Positions 1-8,502 of a stretch of 64,000 bases of DNA are shown in pieces. Below the pieces are notes generated by a model. The model was not told where the DNA came from and ran no database searches. It worked only from the letters and a program-made list of their open reading frames with translations. The stretch spans positions 160,001 through 224,000 of the forward strand of contig JANNXA010000055.1 in the NCBI GenBank assembly GCA_031409275.1, written 5' to 3'. The position numbers were made by a program, and so were the translations under genes. The number at the start of each line of letters is the position of its first letter. The stretch's first letter is position 1. This stretch comes from Planctomycetota bacterium (lineage in GTDB: Bacteria; Planctomycetota; B15-G4; SIAN01).

Positions 1-736
1 CGTCCTCCCACGACAGGAGCTTCGTCGCCTCGATCGCCAACGAGGGATCGCGATCGCCGAGGAAGCGCTCGAGCGCCAGCGCCGGCAGCGTCGGCTCCTT
101 CATGTCGCGCAGCAGTTCGAAGAGATCGAGGCGCACACCTTCCGAACGCGTCGCCACCAGCTTGCGCATCAGCTCCGCGCGCACCTCCGGAGTCGCATGC
201 AGACGCAGCAGCGCCGTCGCCGCGCCGCGCAAGGGCGCCTGCTCGGAGTCGAGGAAACGCAGCGCCAACGCGCCGCCGCGCGCTTCGTCGAGTTCGAACA
301 GGGAGGCGAGCAGCGGTGCGAAGCGCGTCCGTTGACGCGGGTCGGCGAAGAGCTTCTCGATCTGGGGGAACGACTCGCCGTCCGCCAGCAGGCAGAGCCC
401 GCGCGCCGCAGCCGTCCGCTCGAGGACGGTGCCGTCCTTCAACCGCGCCCGCAGGAGCGGGACGAGCTCCGGGCCGCGCGCCACCAGGGCGCGCAGCGCC
501 CGCTCGCCCGACTCGCCGGGCCACGTCGTGATGAGGGGCAACGCCTTGGCGAGCGCCTGCTCCGACGTGACGACCACAGGCTCTTTCGAGTCGCGGTCAC
601 GCGGCTTGTCGCCGTGGTCGAATTCGGGGCGATCGCGATCCTGCTTGCCCGCGCCGCCGCCACTCTGTGCCGCAGCGGGCGACGATAAAACGACAAGAGC
701 GGCGAGCACCGCCGGCAGTTTCCACATGAACGTCAT
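1..736 (-). CDS. Secreted HEAT/armadillo-like repeat protein, truncated by the window edge
   Basis: Not in the ORF track because its stop lies outside the window. Read by hand from ATG at 736 (GGAGG upstream): MTFMWKLPAVLAALVVLSSPAAAQ (signal peptide), then helical repeats such as VPLLRARLKDGTVLERTAAARGL and LRFLDSEQAPLRGAATALL. Confidence 0.7.
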   Translation of the reverse strand, partial: MTFMWKLPAVLAALVVLSSPAAAQSGGGAGKQDRDRPEFDHGDKPRDRDSKEPVVVTSEQALAKALPLITTWPGESGERALRALVARGPELVPLLRARLKDGTVLERTAAARGLCLLADGESFPQIEKLFADPRQRTRFAPLLASLFELDEARGGALALRFLDSEQAPLRGAATALLRLHATPEVRAELMRKLVATRSEGVRLDLFELLRDMKEPTLPALALERFLGDRDPSLAIEATKLLSWED

Positions 737-765
737 CGCCTCCGCGGACAGGAAGGGCGACGGAA

Positions 766-2838
766 CTACCAGATGGCTTCCACGCTGGCAACTGCAGTGG
801 CACCGAAAGGCATGCCCAGCATGGACTTGCGCGCTCCGGCGAGGAGCGCTCGACGAGCTCCTTCCACCAGCTCGGGATCGAGCAGCGCCTCCGGGTAGAG
901 ACCCGCGAGGATGCCGTGCTGACGGGTGCCGAGGAGCTCGCCGGGCCCACGCAGTCGCAGGTCGAGCTCCGCGAGGGCGAAGCCGTCGGTGAGGCGCCCG
1001 AATTCGGTGAGCCGCTCGATCGCCGCTTCACTCGGATCCTGACACACGAGCAGGCAGCTCGCGCGGCCGCCGCGCCGCCCGACTCGGCCTCGGATCTGAT
1101 GGAGCTGAGAGAGGCCGAAGCGGTCGGCGTCGAGCACCACCACCATCGTCGCGTCGGGAACGTCGATCCCGACTTCGATCACGACGGTGGCGACGAGGAT
1201 GCGCGCGCGGCCGGCGGCGAAGTCGTCGAGACGCTGCTGCTTCTGCTCCGGATCGAGGCGTCCGTGCAGCAGCGCCACCGGCGCCGCCGGCCCCACCTCG
1301 CGCGCGACCCACGGCGCGACCCGTTCGGCGGCAGCGCGGCCGTTCGGTTTGCCCGACGCCGCGCTCGCAGCGGCGATGGCGGGACAGACCACGAAGACCT
1401 TGCCGCCGGCGGCCAGTTCCGCGCGCAGCCGTTCGCCGAGCGTGCGACGCTGCTCGCCCGCGAGCAGCTCCGACACCACGCGAATCGGCCCGAACGGACG
1501 TTGCCGCAAGATCGAGCCGTCGAGATGGCCGAGCAGCGTCTGCGCGAGAGTCCGTGGAATCGGTGTCGCCGAGACCAGCAGCAGGTCCGGTGTCGTTCCT
1601 TTCGCCACGAGACGGCCGCGCTGCCGAACGCCGAACTTGTGCTGCTCGTCGATCACGACCGCGGCGAGGTCGCGAAACTGCAGCGGCTGCGAGAAGAGGC
1701 GGTGGGTCCCGACGACCCAGGGCGCGGCCACTGGTCGCCGCCGCGTCGACGGCGGCCCACCCGCGACTCGCAACTCGGGCGGCGGCAGTTGCAGCTTGGT
1801 GGCCAGTCGGCTGAGCGTGCCGTGGTGCTGGCGCGCGAGCAGTTCGGTCGGCGCGAGCAGCGCTCCCTGGCGTCCGAGCCGCGCGGCGACCCACAGTGGG
1901 AAGAGCGCGACACGCGTCTTGCCCGATCCCACTTCGCCCGAAAGCAGGCGCGCCATCGCCTGCGGCTTGGCGTAGTCCTCGACCAGTTCGTCGAGGGCGC
2001 GCAACTGATCCGCCGTGCACGCTTCCGGCCATGCGGCGAGGTACTCCTCGAGCCAGGCGCCCGCCTGCACCGCGACGTCGAGCCCGCCATGCAACGGCCG
2101 CCGCGGCCGCGACGAACGACTGGCCGCGAGCCGCTCCTGGATCGCCAACGCCTCCTCGAACGCCAGGTAGCGGCGGGCGGCCGCGGCCTGCGCATCGTCG
2201 CACGGAAAATGGAGCGCCTTGAAGAGCGCGCCGAACGTGGTCGGCAGCCCGGGCAGCAACTCGGCATGGAGCGGCAGCGGTTGGCACAGCTCCGGCAACT
2301 CTCGCTCGAGCAGGTCACGCAGGCAGCGCCGGTGCAACCGCGGTGCGACCTCGTCGGGAAGCTCGTAATGCGGCTGGTAGGTGGCGGCGGCCGTCGCCGG
2401 CGTCGCTAGTTCTTCGGAATGGAGCCACGAACGCACGACCCAACTCGGCGGATCGCGACTCCCGTCGAACCCGCCGCGCAACAGCAACTCCTCGTGGCGC
2501 GCGAACGAACCCGCCAGCCAACGCGGTCCAAACAGGACGCAGGCAAGTTCGCCGCTGGCGTCGGCGACGGTCAACCGGGTCGCGACGATCCCGCGGCGGC
2601 CGCTCGCCTGCTTGCGGACCAGCCGCACGCGAATCGTCGCCTCGCCGATCGGCGGCAGCGCCACCACCAGCGTCGGTGCCGCGAACCGAACGTGGCGACG
2701 CGGCGGCCAGCGCAGGAGGTCGGCCAACGTCGTGACGCCGCACGCCGCCCACGCCGCGATGCGTCGCGGCCCGAGGCCGCGCACGCCATCGAGCGGTGCA
2801 GAGAGGGACGTCGGTGGAGGCGGACGCGAGGGGCTCAC
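766..2838 (-). CDS. recG: ATP-dependent DNA helicase RecG
   Basis: RLLSGEVGSGKT (Walker A), APTELLARQH, IDEQHKFGVRQR, SATPIPRTL, ATVVIEVGIDVP, RFGLSQLHQIRGRVGR, DLRLRGPGELLGTRQHG. Start moved to GTG 2838 because the longer ORF overlaps the divergent gene. Confidence 0.95.
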   Translation of the reverse strand: MSPSRPPPPTSLSAPLDGVRGLGPRRIAAWAACGVTTLADLLRWPPRRHVRFAAPTLVVALPPIGEATIRVRLVRKQASGRRGIVATRLTVADASGELACVLFGPRWLAGSFARHEELLLRGGFDGSRDPPSWVVRSWLHSEELATPATAAATYQPHYELPDEVAPRLHRRCLRDLLERELPELCQPLPLHAELLPGLPTTFGALFKALHFPCDDAQAAAARRYLAFEEALAIQERLAASRSSRPRRPLHGGLDVAVQAGAWLEEYLAAWPEACTADQLRALDELVEDYAKPQAMARLLSGEVGSGKTRVALFPLWVAARLGRQGALLAPTELLARQHHGTLSRLATKLQLPPPELRVAGGPPSTRRRPVAAPWVVGTHRLFSQPLQFRDLAAVVIDEQHKFGVRQRGRLVAKGTTPDLLLVSATPIPRTLAQTLLGHLDGSILRQRPFGPIRVVSELLAGEQRRTLGERLRAELAAGGKVFVVCPAIAAASAASGKPNGRAAAERVAPWVAREVGPAAPVALLHGRLDPEQKQQRLDDFAAGRARILVATVVIEVGIDVPDATMVVVLDADRFGLSQLHQIRGRVGRRGGRASCLLVCQDPSEAAIERLTEFGRLTDGFALAELDLRLRGPGELLGTRQHGILAGLYPEALLDPELVEGARRALLAGARKSMLGMPFGATAVASVEAIW

Positions 2839-2849
2839 GGTCGTCCACC

Positions 2850-2855
2850 TATAAT
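2850..2855 (+). promoter_or_regulatory. Putative sigma70 -10 box (TATAAT)
   Basis: Perfect TATAAT in a GC-rich divergent gap, 70 bp upstream of ATG 2925. No clear -35. Confidence 0.5.
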
Positions 2856-2924
2856 CCGCGCCCCTCCACTCCGCGCCTTCGTCCTGACGTTCCGCGCCTC
2901 GAGAAGCTCGCGAAGGAGCCTCCG

Positions 2925-4244
2925 ATGAAGTCGCTGCTGCTGCTCGTCGTTTCTCTTTGCTGGTACTCCGCACCGTCGGCCGGTGAGGACGAGGCGGCAC
3001 GCACTCGCCTGAAAGTCGCGTCGGAAGAGAAGGACACCGCGCTGCTGGCCCTCGAAGGGGCGTACCTGCGCGTCGAGAACGCCTTCACGGCGTGGCGCGC
3101 AGCGGAGGGGCAGCGCGAGCCGTCGCTGGCGAGCGCCATCGCCACGAAGTACGGCGAGCGGCTCGCGGCTTGGGAGGCGCAGCGTGCCCAAGCGCCGAAG
3201 GACGCGCGCGAGGCGAAGGCGTCGCGGCGCGCCGAGATCGACGACCTCGCGGCGGCGCTGCGCGAATTGCTGCAGTCGCGGGGGCTCGCCGAAACGACGC
3301 TCGCGGCCCCCCTCGCGGACCGCGCAGCGCGCGAGCTTGCTGGCAAGCCGGCGCTCGACGCCGCGGTCCGACTGCAGCCGGTGATGCAGCAGTGGCTCGG
3401 CGCATCGCAGCGTTTCGAGCTCCTGTGGAACGACGCGCTGTGCAGCCAATCGCCAGAGGCGCTCGATTGGCGCGCGAAGTACGACGAGTACATCGCCGCT
3501 GGCGTCGAACTCGATCGCGCGGAGCATCCCGAGTCCTACTTGCCCGGCGGCGCGAAGACGCGGACGGGCATGGTCTACATCGCGGGTGGCAACTACGCGG
3601 TCGGCCCCAACACCGGCATCGAGCGCAAGAAGAAGCGGATCACCGTGCGCCCCTTCATGCTCGATCGCTGCGAAGTCTCGAATGCCGACTACGTGACCTT
3701 CGTCGAATCGCTCCCCGCCGAGCAGCGGGCGGCGCGGACGCCCCGCCATTGGGTGGCGGGAGCGGACGGCAAGGCGGCTCCGGCACCGGAACTGCTCGAC
3801 CATCCAGTGACCTTCGTCACGTGGCGGGACGCCGACGCGTACGCGCGCTCCGTCGGCAAGCGCCTCCCCACCGAAGATGAATGGGAGGTCGCGTGCCGCG
3901 GCAAGGAGGCGCTGCTCTATCCGTGGGGCCCGGCGTGGGTCGAGGGGTGCAGCAACGATGCCCTGGCGAACGTCGGGACCACCGTTGGCGTCACCCGCTA
4001 CGAAGCGGGCGCGTCGCCGTTCAAGGCGCTGCAGATGGTCGGCAACGTCGAAGAGTGGACCGCATCAAGCGAGGATGGCGACACCTTGGTCGACCTGCCC
4101 TCGAACATCGTCGCAGTCGTGGTTCGCGGCGGCCATTTCCGCAGCCCGACCGAGTATGCGAGCGGTCTCTTCCGCTGGGTCGCACCCGGCGGTTCGACCC
4201 GCGAGCCGCACCTCGGCTTTCGCTGCGCGGCAGACCTCAAGTGA
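2925..4244 (+). CDS. Secreted protein with C-terminal FGE-sulfatase (SUMF1/EgtB/PvdO) fold domain
   Basis: AAGGAG upstream of ATG; signal peptide MKSLLLLVVSLCWYSAPSA; motifs EVSNADY, HPVTFVTWRDADAY, RLPTEDEWE, MVGNVEEW, RGG, LGFRC. Confidence 0.88.
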   Translation: MKSLLLLVVSLCWYSAPSAGEDEAARTRLKVASEEKDTALLALEGAYLRVENAFTAWRAAEGQREPSLASAIATKYGERLAAWEAQRAQAPKDAREAKASRRAEIDDLAAALRELLQSRGLAETTLAAPLADRAARELAGKPALDAAVRLQPVMQQWLGASQRFELLWNDALCSQSPEALDWRAKYDEYIAAGVELDRAEHPESYLPGGAKTRTGMVYIAGGNYAVGPNTGIERKKKRITVRPFMLDRCEVSNADYVTFVESLPAEQRAARTPRHWVAGADGKAAPAPELLDHPVTFVTWRDADAYARSVGKRLPTEDEWEVACRGKEALLYPWGPAWVEGCSNDALANVGTTVGVTRYEAGASPFKALQMVGNVEEWTASSEDGDTLVDLPSNIVAVVVRGGHFRSPTEYASGLFRWVAPGGSTREPHLGFRCAADLK

Positions 4245-4420
4245 GCGACGCGCTCGATCGCCGTTTGCGCCCCACGGCGGGCGTCGCTCGTTTGATCGGC
4301 GAGGCGCTGTTCGACCTGCTGCTCCTGGTGCCGAGAGTGCTGCTGGCGATGCTGTTCTGCACGAGCCGCCAACGCTCGATTGCTGACCTCGTGCGCGCGA
4401 AAGGACCTCATGCCCCGTAA
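4241..4420 (+). CDS. Putative small hydrophobic protein (59 aa)
   Basis: GTG overlaps the upstream stop (GTGA), the ORF fills the gap exactly, and it has a hydrophobic stretch LFDLLLLVPRVLLAMLF. Confidence 0.45.
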   Translation: MSDALDRRLRPTAGVARLIGEALFDLLLLVPRVLLAMLFCTSRQRSIADLVRAKGPHAP

Positions 4421-5573
4421 GACGCGCATCCTCCACGACAACGACGAGTACCTCTTCGTCGAAGCCCCCGGTGACCCGCTCGGCCCGGCGCTGCAGGTCT
4501 TCGCGCGCACCGACAATGAACGCGCCGTTCCTGCCGGCCGCGCCCCCACGCACCAGACCGAGCACGGCCTGTGGATCCAGATCGCTCGCTTCGACGGCCT
4601 GGAACTCGGGATCGCCCCGGATAGCCCGGACGGGCTCGGCGAGCGCGTCAAGACGATGCTGCCGCGCTACGTCGAAGTGCGCGCCACGCGAATGGCGCAG
4701 GCCAAGCACCCGATGTGGTGGATCGTCAGCGAAGGACACGCGCTGCACGGGCTCCATCCCGCGCAGCCGGCCGGCGCACTGTTCAAGCTTTGGAGCGATG
4801 AAGCGCGCGCGCGCGCCGTGGTGGCGGAGCTCGGTGTCGAGGGCGCCGTGCAGACCACCGGACACCTGCGCGAGTTCCTCGAACTGCGCGCCGAGGAGGG
4901 TTACGCGGGCGCGCTCCTCGATGACGAGGAGCTGATCTTCTTCTGCCTCGACGAGCAGGCGAAGCTGCAGTTCCTGCGCCTCGCGCCACGCGCCGGCGAT
5001 GACGAGGAGGCGGCCGGTGTGGCGACCCATCTCCTCGGCGAAAACGGCCGTTTCGCGCTCTACGAGGGCGACGAGAAGCTCGAACCGCTGTCCGACCCGG
5101 ATGGCTGGGATCGCCTGCTGGCTCGCCTCTACGGCGAGCTGCCGTTCTACGGCTACGTGCCGGGCTGGCGCTGCTTCGCCCTGCGACTCGACGGCGCGTG
5201 GGTGACCCGCCTCGATGCGGAGAGCGAGTTCAAGCAACCGCTCGTCGCGCTGTTCCACGATCCGGCGACCGCGGACGACTACCGCTCGCGTCACGGGCTC
5301 GCGCGCGCCACGTTGGAGCGGGTGACGGACATCGTCGCGCTGGTCCGCCACGCGCAGGAACAGGGACAGCTCGTTTCACTGCAACCGGAAGACCATCGGG
5401 TGCGCGGTGGACCGCTCTGGCTCGACCGCGACGGCAAGCTGCTGCTGCTCGGCTACTGCGGAATCTGGTCGTCGCGCGATGGAGTCGCCTTCGAGCGCGT
5501 CGCCGAAGAGGAGCTTCCCACCACGAGCCCCGACGACGCCGAAGTCGACGATCAGTCGTCCGGCATCACGTAG
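4410..5573 (+). CDS. Hypothetical protein
   Basis: AAGGA upstream of ATG 4410; protein-like composition; family not recognised with confidence. Confidence 0.75.
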   Translation: MPRKTRILHDNDEYLFVEAPGDPLGPALQVFARTDNERAVPAGRAPTHQTEHGLWIQIARFDGLELGIAPDSPDGLGERVKTMLPRYVEVRATRMAQAKHPMWWIVSEGHALHGLHPAQPAGALFKLWSDEARARAVVAELGVEGAVQTTGHLREFLELRAEEGYAGALLDDEELIFFCLDEQAKLQFLRLAPRAGDDEEAAGVATHLLGENGRFALYEGDEKLEPLSDPDGWDRLLARLYGELPFYGYVPGWRCFALRLDGAWVTRLDAESEFKQPLVALFHDPATADDYRSRHGLARATLERVTDIVALVRHAQEQGQLVSLQPEDHRVRGGPLWLDRDGKLLLLGYCGIWSSRDGVAFERVAEEELPTTSPDDAEVDDQSSGIT

Positions 5574-6310
5574 GAGCGGACCGCGCCATCGTCCGATCGC
5601 GATCCCGCGAGGAAAGTGCCGAGCACGTTGCAGCCAGCGTTGCGCAGCAGCTCGAGCGCGCGGGTCGATTGGTCGCGCGGAGTCTTCTCCAGGCGCACCA
5701 CATAGAGCAATCCATCCACGCGCGCGCCCAACGTGGCGGCGTCAGCGAACGGGAGCGCCGGCGGCGTGTCGAACAGGATCCACTGGTAGTCGGCCTTGAG
5801 CGCGCCGATCAGGTCGCTCATGCGCGAGCTGCCGAGGAGTTCCGAGGAATTTCGCACGGCGCGACCGGCCGGCAGGACCGAAAGCCCCGGGATCGAGGTC
5901 GTCGAGATCACCTTCTCGAGCGGCACGAAGTCGAGCATCAGGTCGGCGAGACCCGGCTCGCGCGGGATCCCGAACAGCTGCGCCTGAGCCGGCGACCGCA
6001 GGTCCGCGTCGATCACCAGCACGCGCGCGTCGGGCAATTCGCACAGCGCGGCGGCAAGGTTGGCCAACGTGATCGACTTGCCTTCACCCTTGATCGCCGA
6101 GGTGACGGCGAGCGCGCGCGGCTGGCCGCCCGTGTTGAGCGCGACGAGGTTGGTGCGAAACGACCGATACTGCTCGGCAACGCCGCTCTGCGGCTCGTGG
6201 CAGACGACGACGCGCGGATCGATGGTGCGATCCACCAGGATCAGCAGCTCGTCGGACGGCCCGCCGATCGAGTTGCTGCGTTTCGAAGCGGGGGTTGCTG
6301 GATCGGCCAT
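5552..6310 (-). CDS. CpsD/CapB-family (BY-kinase-like) P-loop ATPase, stand-alone cytoplasmic domain
   Basis: EQYRSFRTNL, Walker A SAIKGEGKS, Walker A' VLVIDADLR, Walker B ILFDTPP. Only one Tyr at the C-terminus. Confidence 0.88.
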   Translation of the reverse strand: MADPATPASKRSNSIGGPSDELLILVDRTIDPRVVVCHEPQSGVAEQYRSFRTNLVALNTGGQPRALAVTSAIKGEGKSITLANLAAALCELPDARVLVIDADLRSPAQAQLFGIPREPGLADLMLDFVPLEKVISTTSIPGLSVLPAGRAVRNSSELLGSSRMSDLIGALKADYQWILFDTPPALPFADAATLGARVDGLLYVVRLEKTPRDQSTRALELLRNAGCNVLGTFLAGSRSDDGAVRSYVMPDD

Positions 6311-6398
6311 GGGAGATCTTTCGGTTCGCGAGCGGGGCCGGCGTGAATCGAAGCGGGAAACATAGCGCGGGCGGCGTCGAAGCCTGCCGCCGCACCGT

Positions 6399-6404
6399 TA
6401 CACT
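6399..6404 (+). promoter_or_regulatory. Possible -10 box (TACACT) for the coiled-coil/actin operon
   Basis: TACACT in the divergent intergenic region, about 120 bp upstream of 6522. Confidence 0.3.
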
Positions 6405-6521
6405 TCCCGTCTCGCATCAGAGGACCGGGCGGCGGCTCAAGACGCCGGGGCCTTCCCTCCGATCGACGACTCGGAATGGCGGCACGCCACCGACGCCCGG
6501 CCCAAGAGGAGCACTGCTGCT

Positions 6522-7382
6522 TTGCCGCAACCGCTGAGTCGACGCCTCGCCGGGCTGTTCCGCAGCAAGGCCGACCTCACGAGCGTGAAGGCGCTCGAGA
6601 AGGCCGGCGTGCGCAGCGTGAACGTGCTCGACCTGCGCCGTCTCGAGCAGATCGTCGGTGACGCGATGGAGAGCGCGCTGCACGAGGCGCTGGTCGCGGG
6701 CGGCTCCGCGGAGCACGCAGCGACCGGAGCGCAGCTCGAATTCCTGCGCCGCCTCGGCCTCGAAGGACGTCTCGCCGAGCGCACCGGAGAACTTGACGCC
6801 GAACGCGCCGAGCTCGCCGGCAGCCTCGAGAAACTGAACACCGTCCTTGACCAGAGCAAGGCGGAACTCGCGCAGCACAAGGCGGAACAGCGCCGCGGCG
6901 CGCTCGACGATCTGCGCGCGCGGCTCGACTTGTTGCTGGATGAAACGTTCGCGCGCTTCGTGGCGCTGCAGGAGGAGGGGCTCGCGCTGACGTCGAGTCG
7001 ACCGCCGCTGCGCGCCGCGCTCCTCGCACTCCTCGAAGGCGCGCTCCTCGCGGGCGGTGGCACCGTCGCTGCCGTAGAGGACAGTGCACACGTCGATCGG
7101 CTCGAACGGCGCGTGAAGAAGCTGCACGTGCAGCTCCTCGAAACGCAGGAGCTGCTGGCGCGCACGCGCGAAGAGCAGGAGGCGCAAGTGGCGGCCACGG
7201 CGCGCGCGGCGCGCGACGGCCGCACCGGAGTCGCGGCCATCACCGCTCCATCGAGTGACCACTCCGACCGCAAAGCGCTGATGCGCGAGATTTTCGCTCA
7301 CAACCTCGAACTGCGTCGCACGCTCGGTGACCCCGACGCCGCGACGCGCCCCGTCCAACGCACCGATCCGGAGACACGATGA
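6522..7382 (+). CDS. Uncharacterised coiled-coil protein, coupled to the MamK-like actin
   Basis: Heptad-like segments (LDAERAELAGSLEKLNTVLDQSKAELAQ; LERRVKKLHVQLLETQELL). Its stop overlaps the next ATG (ATGA at 7379-7382). TTG start is uncertain. Confidence 0.8.
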   Translation: MPQPLSRRLAGLFRSKADLTSVKALEKAGVRSVNVLDLRRLEQIVGDAMESALHEALVAGGSAEHAATGAQLEFLRRLGLEGRLAERTGELDAERAELAGSLEKLNTVLDQSKAELAQHKAEQRRGALDDLRARLDLLLDETFARFVALQEEGLALTSSRPPLRAALLALLEGALLAGGGTVAAVEDSAHVDRLERRVKKLHVQLLETQELLARTREEQEAQVAATARAARDGRTGVAAITAPSSDHSDRKALMREIFAHNLELRRTLGDPDAATRPVQRTDPETR

Positions 7383-8458
7383 ATGCTTCCACCGGAACCC
7401 CGTCCCGTTCGCGCCCTGCCACGCCGAAGGGAACCCTCTACCTCGGCATGGATCTCGGGACCTCTCGCACCTCCATCGCCACCAGCACTGGCGTGCGGGA
7501 GACGGTGGCAAGCTACGTCGGCTACCCCAAGGACGTGGTGTCGCGAAAGGCATTGAAGAAGGACGTGCTCTTCGGCGACGACGCGCTGGCCAATCGCCTC
7601 GCGCTCAACCTCTATCGCCCGCTGGCCGGCGGCGTGATCCAGCACAGCGACGGCGCGGCCGATAGCGCCGAGGCGAAGGCCTACCTCAAGGCGGCTCAGG
7701 ACCTGATCCGCCACGCGGTCGGGTTGGCGCGACCGGAATCCGACGAACTCGTCTACGCCGTGATCGGCTGCCCGGCGCAGTGCTCGTTGCGCAACAAGGC
7801 GGCGATCCTCGAGGCGGCGCGACCCGTCGTCGACTCGGTGATGATCGTCTCGGAGCCCTTCAGCGTCGCCTACGGCATCGACCAGCTCACCGACTGCCTC
7901 GTCATCGACATCGGCGCCGGCACCACCGACCTCTGCCGCATGCGCGGCGCGATGCCGACCGCAGAGGACCAGCTCACCAACGTCTTCGCCGGCGACCACG
8001 TCGACAAGAAGCTCGAGGAGCTCCTGAAGAAGAAGTGCGTCGGCGCGGCCTTCACGATCCACGCGATCAAGGACCTGAAGGAGCGCTTCTCCACGGTCAG
8101 CGACATCCACGAGCCGGTCTACTTCGAGGTGCCGGTGAGCGGCAAGCCGACCCGCTTCGAGGTCGGTGCCGAGCTGCGCGAAGCGTGCCGCTCGATCGTT
8201 CCGCCGATGGTCGACGCCATCCACCAGCTCATCGCCAGCTACGATCCCGACTTCCAGAGCCGCCTGAAGAACCACGTGCTGCTCGGCGGTGGCGGCAGTC
8301 AGATGGGTGGCTTGCGGGAGATCCTCGAATCGGAGATGAAGTCGCGCCTCGGCGAGGGGCGCGTGACACGCGTCGAAGAGCCGACCTACGGCGGCGCCAA
8401 TGGCGCCCTCAAGATCGCGCATGACATGCCGGCGGAGTTCTGGGAGAAACTCTCCTGA
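7379..8458 (+). CDS. mamK: MamK-like bacterial actin
   Basis: Actin motifs LGMDLGTS, DIGAGTTD, LGGGGS. MamK-type features VGYPKD, AVIGCPA, VSEPFSVAYGID, P..EDQ, GKP, and C-terminal PTYGGANGALKIAHDMPAEFWEKL. Clearly distinct from the MreB at 60950-62017. Confidence 0.9.
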   Translation: MNASTGTPSRSRPATPKGTLYLGMDLGTSRTSIATSTGVRETVASYVGYPKDVVSRKALKKDVLFGDDALANRLALNLYRPLAGGVIQHSDGAADSAEAKAYLKAAQDLIRHAVGLARPESDELVYAVIGCPAQCSLRNKAAILEAARPVVDSVMIVSEPFSVAYGIDQLTDCLVIDIGAGTTDLCRMRGAMPTAEDQLTNVFAGDHVDKKLEELLKKKCVGAAFTIHAIKDLKERFSTVSDIHEPVYFEVPVSGKPTRFEVGAELREACRSIVPPMVDAIHQLIASYDPDFQSRLKNHVLLGGGGSQMGGLREILESEMKSRLGEGRVTRVEEPTYGGANGALKIAHDMPAEFWEKLS

Positions 8459-8502
8459 GCTGCAGCCGACCCGGCCACCACTGATCGCGAGGACATGTCG
8501 CC

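Noticed and set aside
2925..4244. True formylglycine-generating enzyme
   Set aside because: The catalytic Cys pair after RGG is absent; only the fold is supported.
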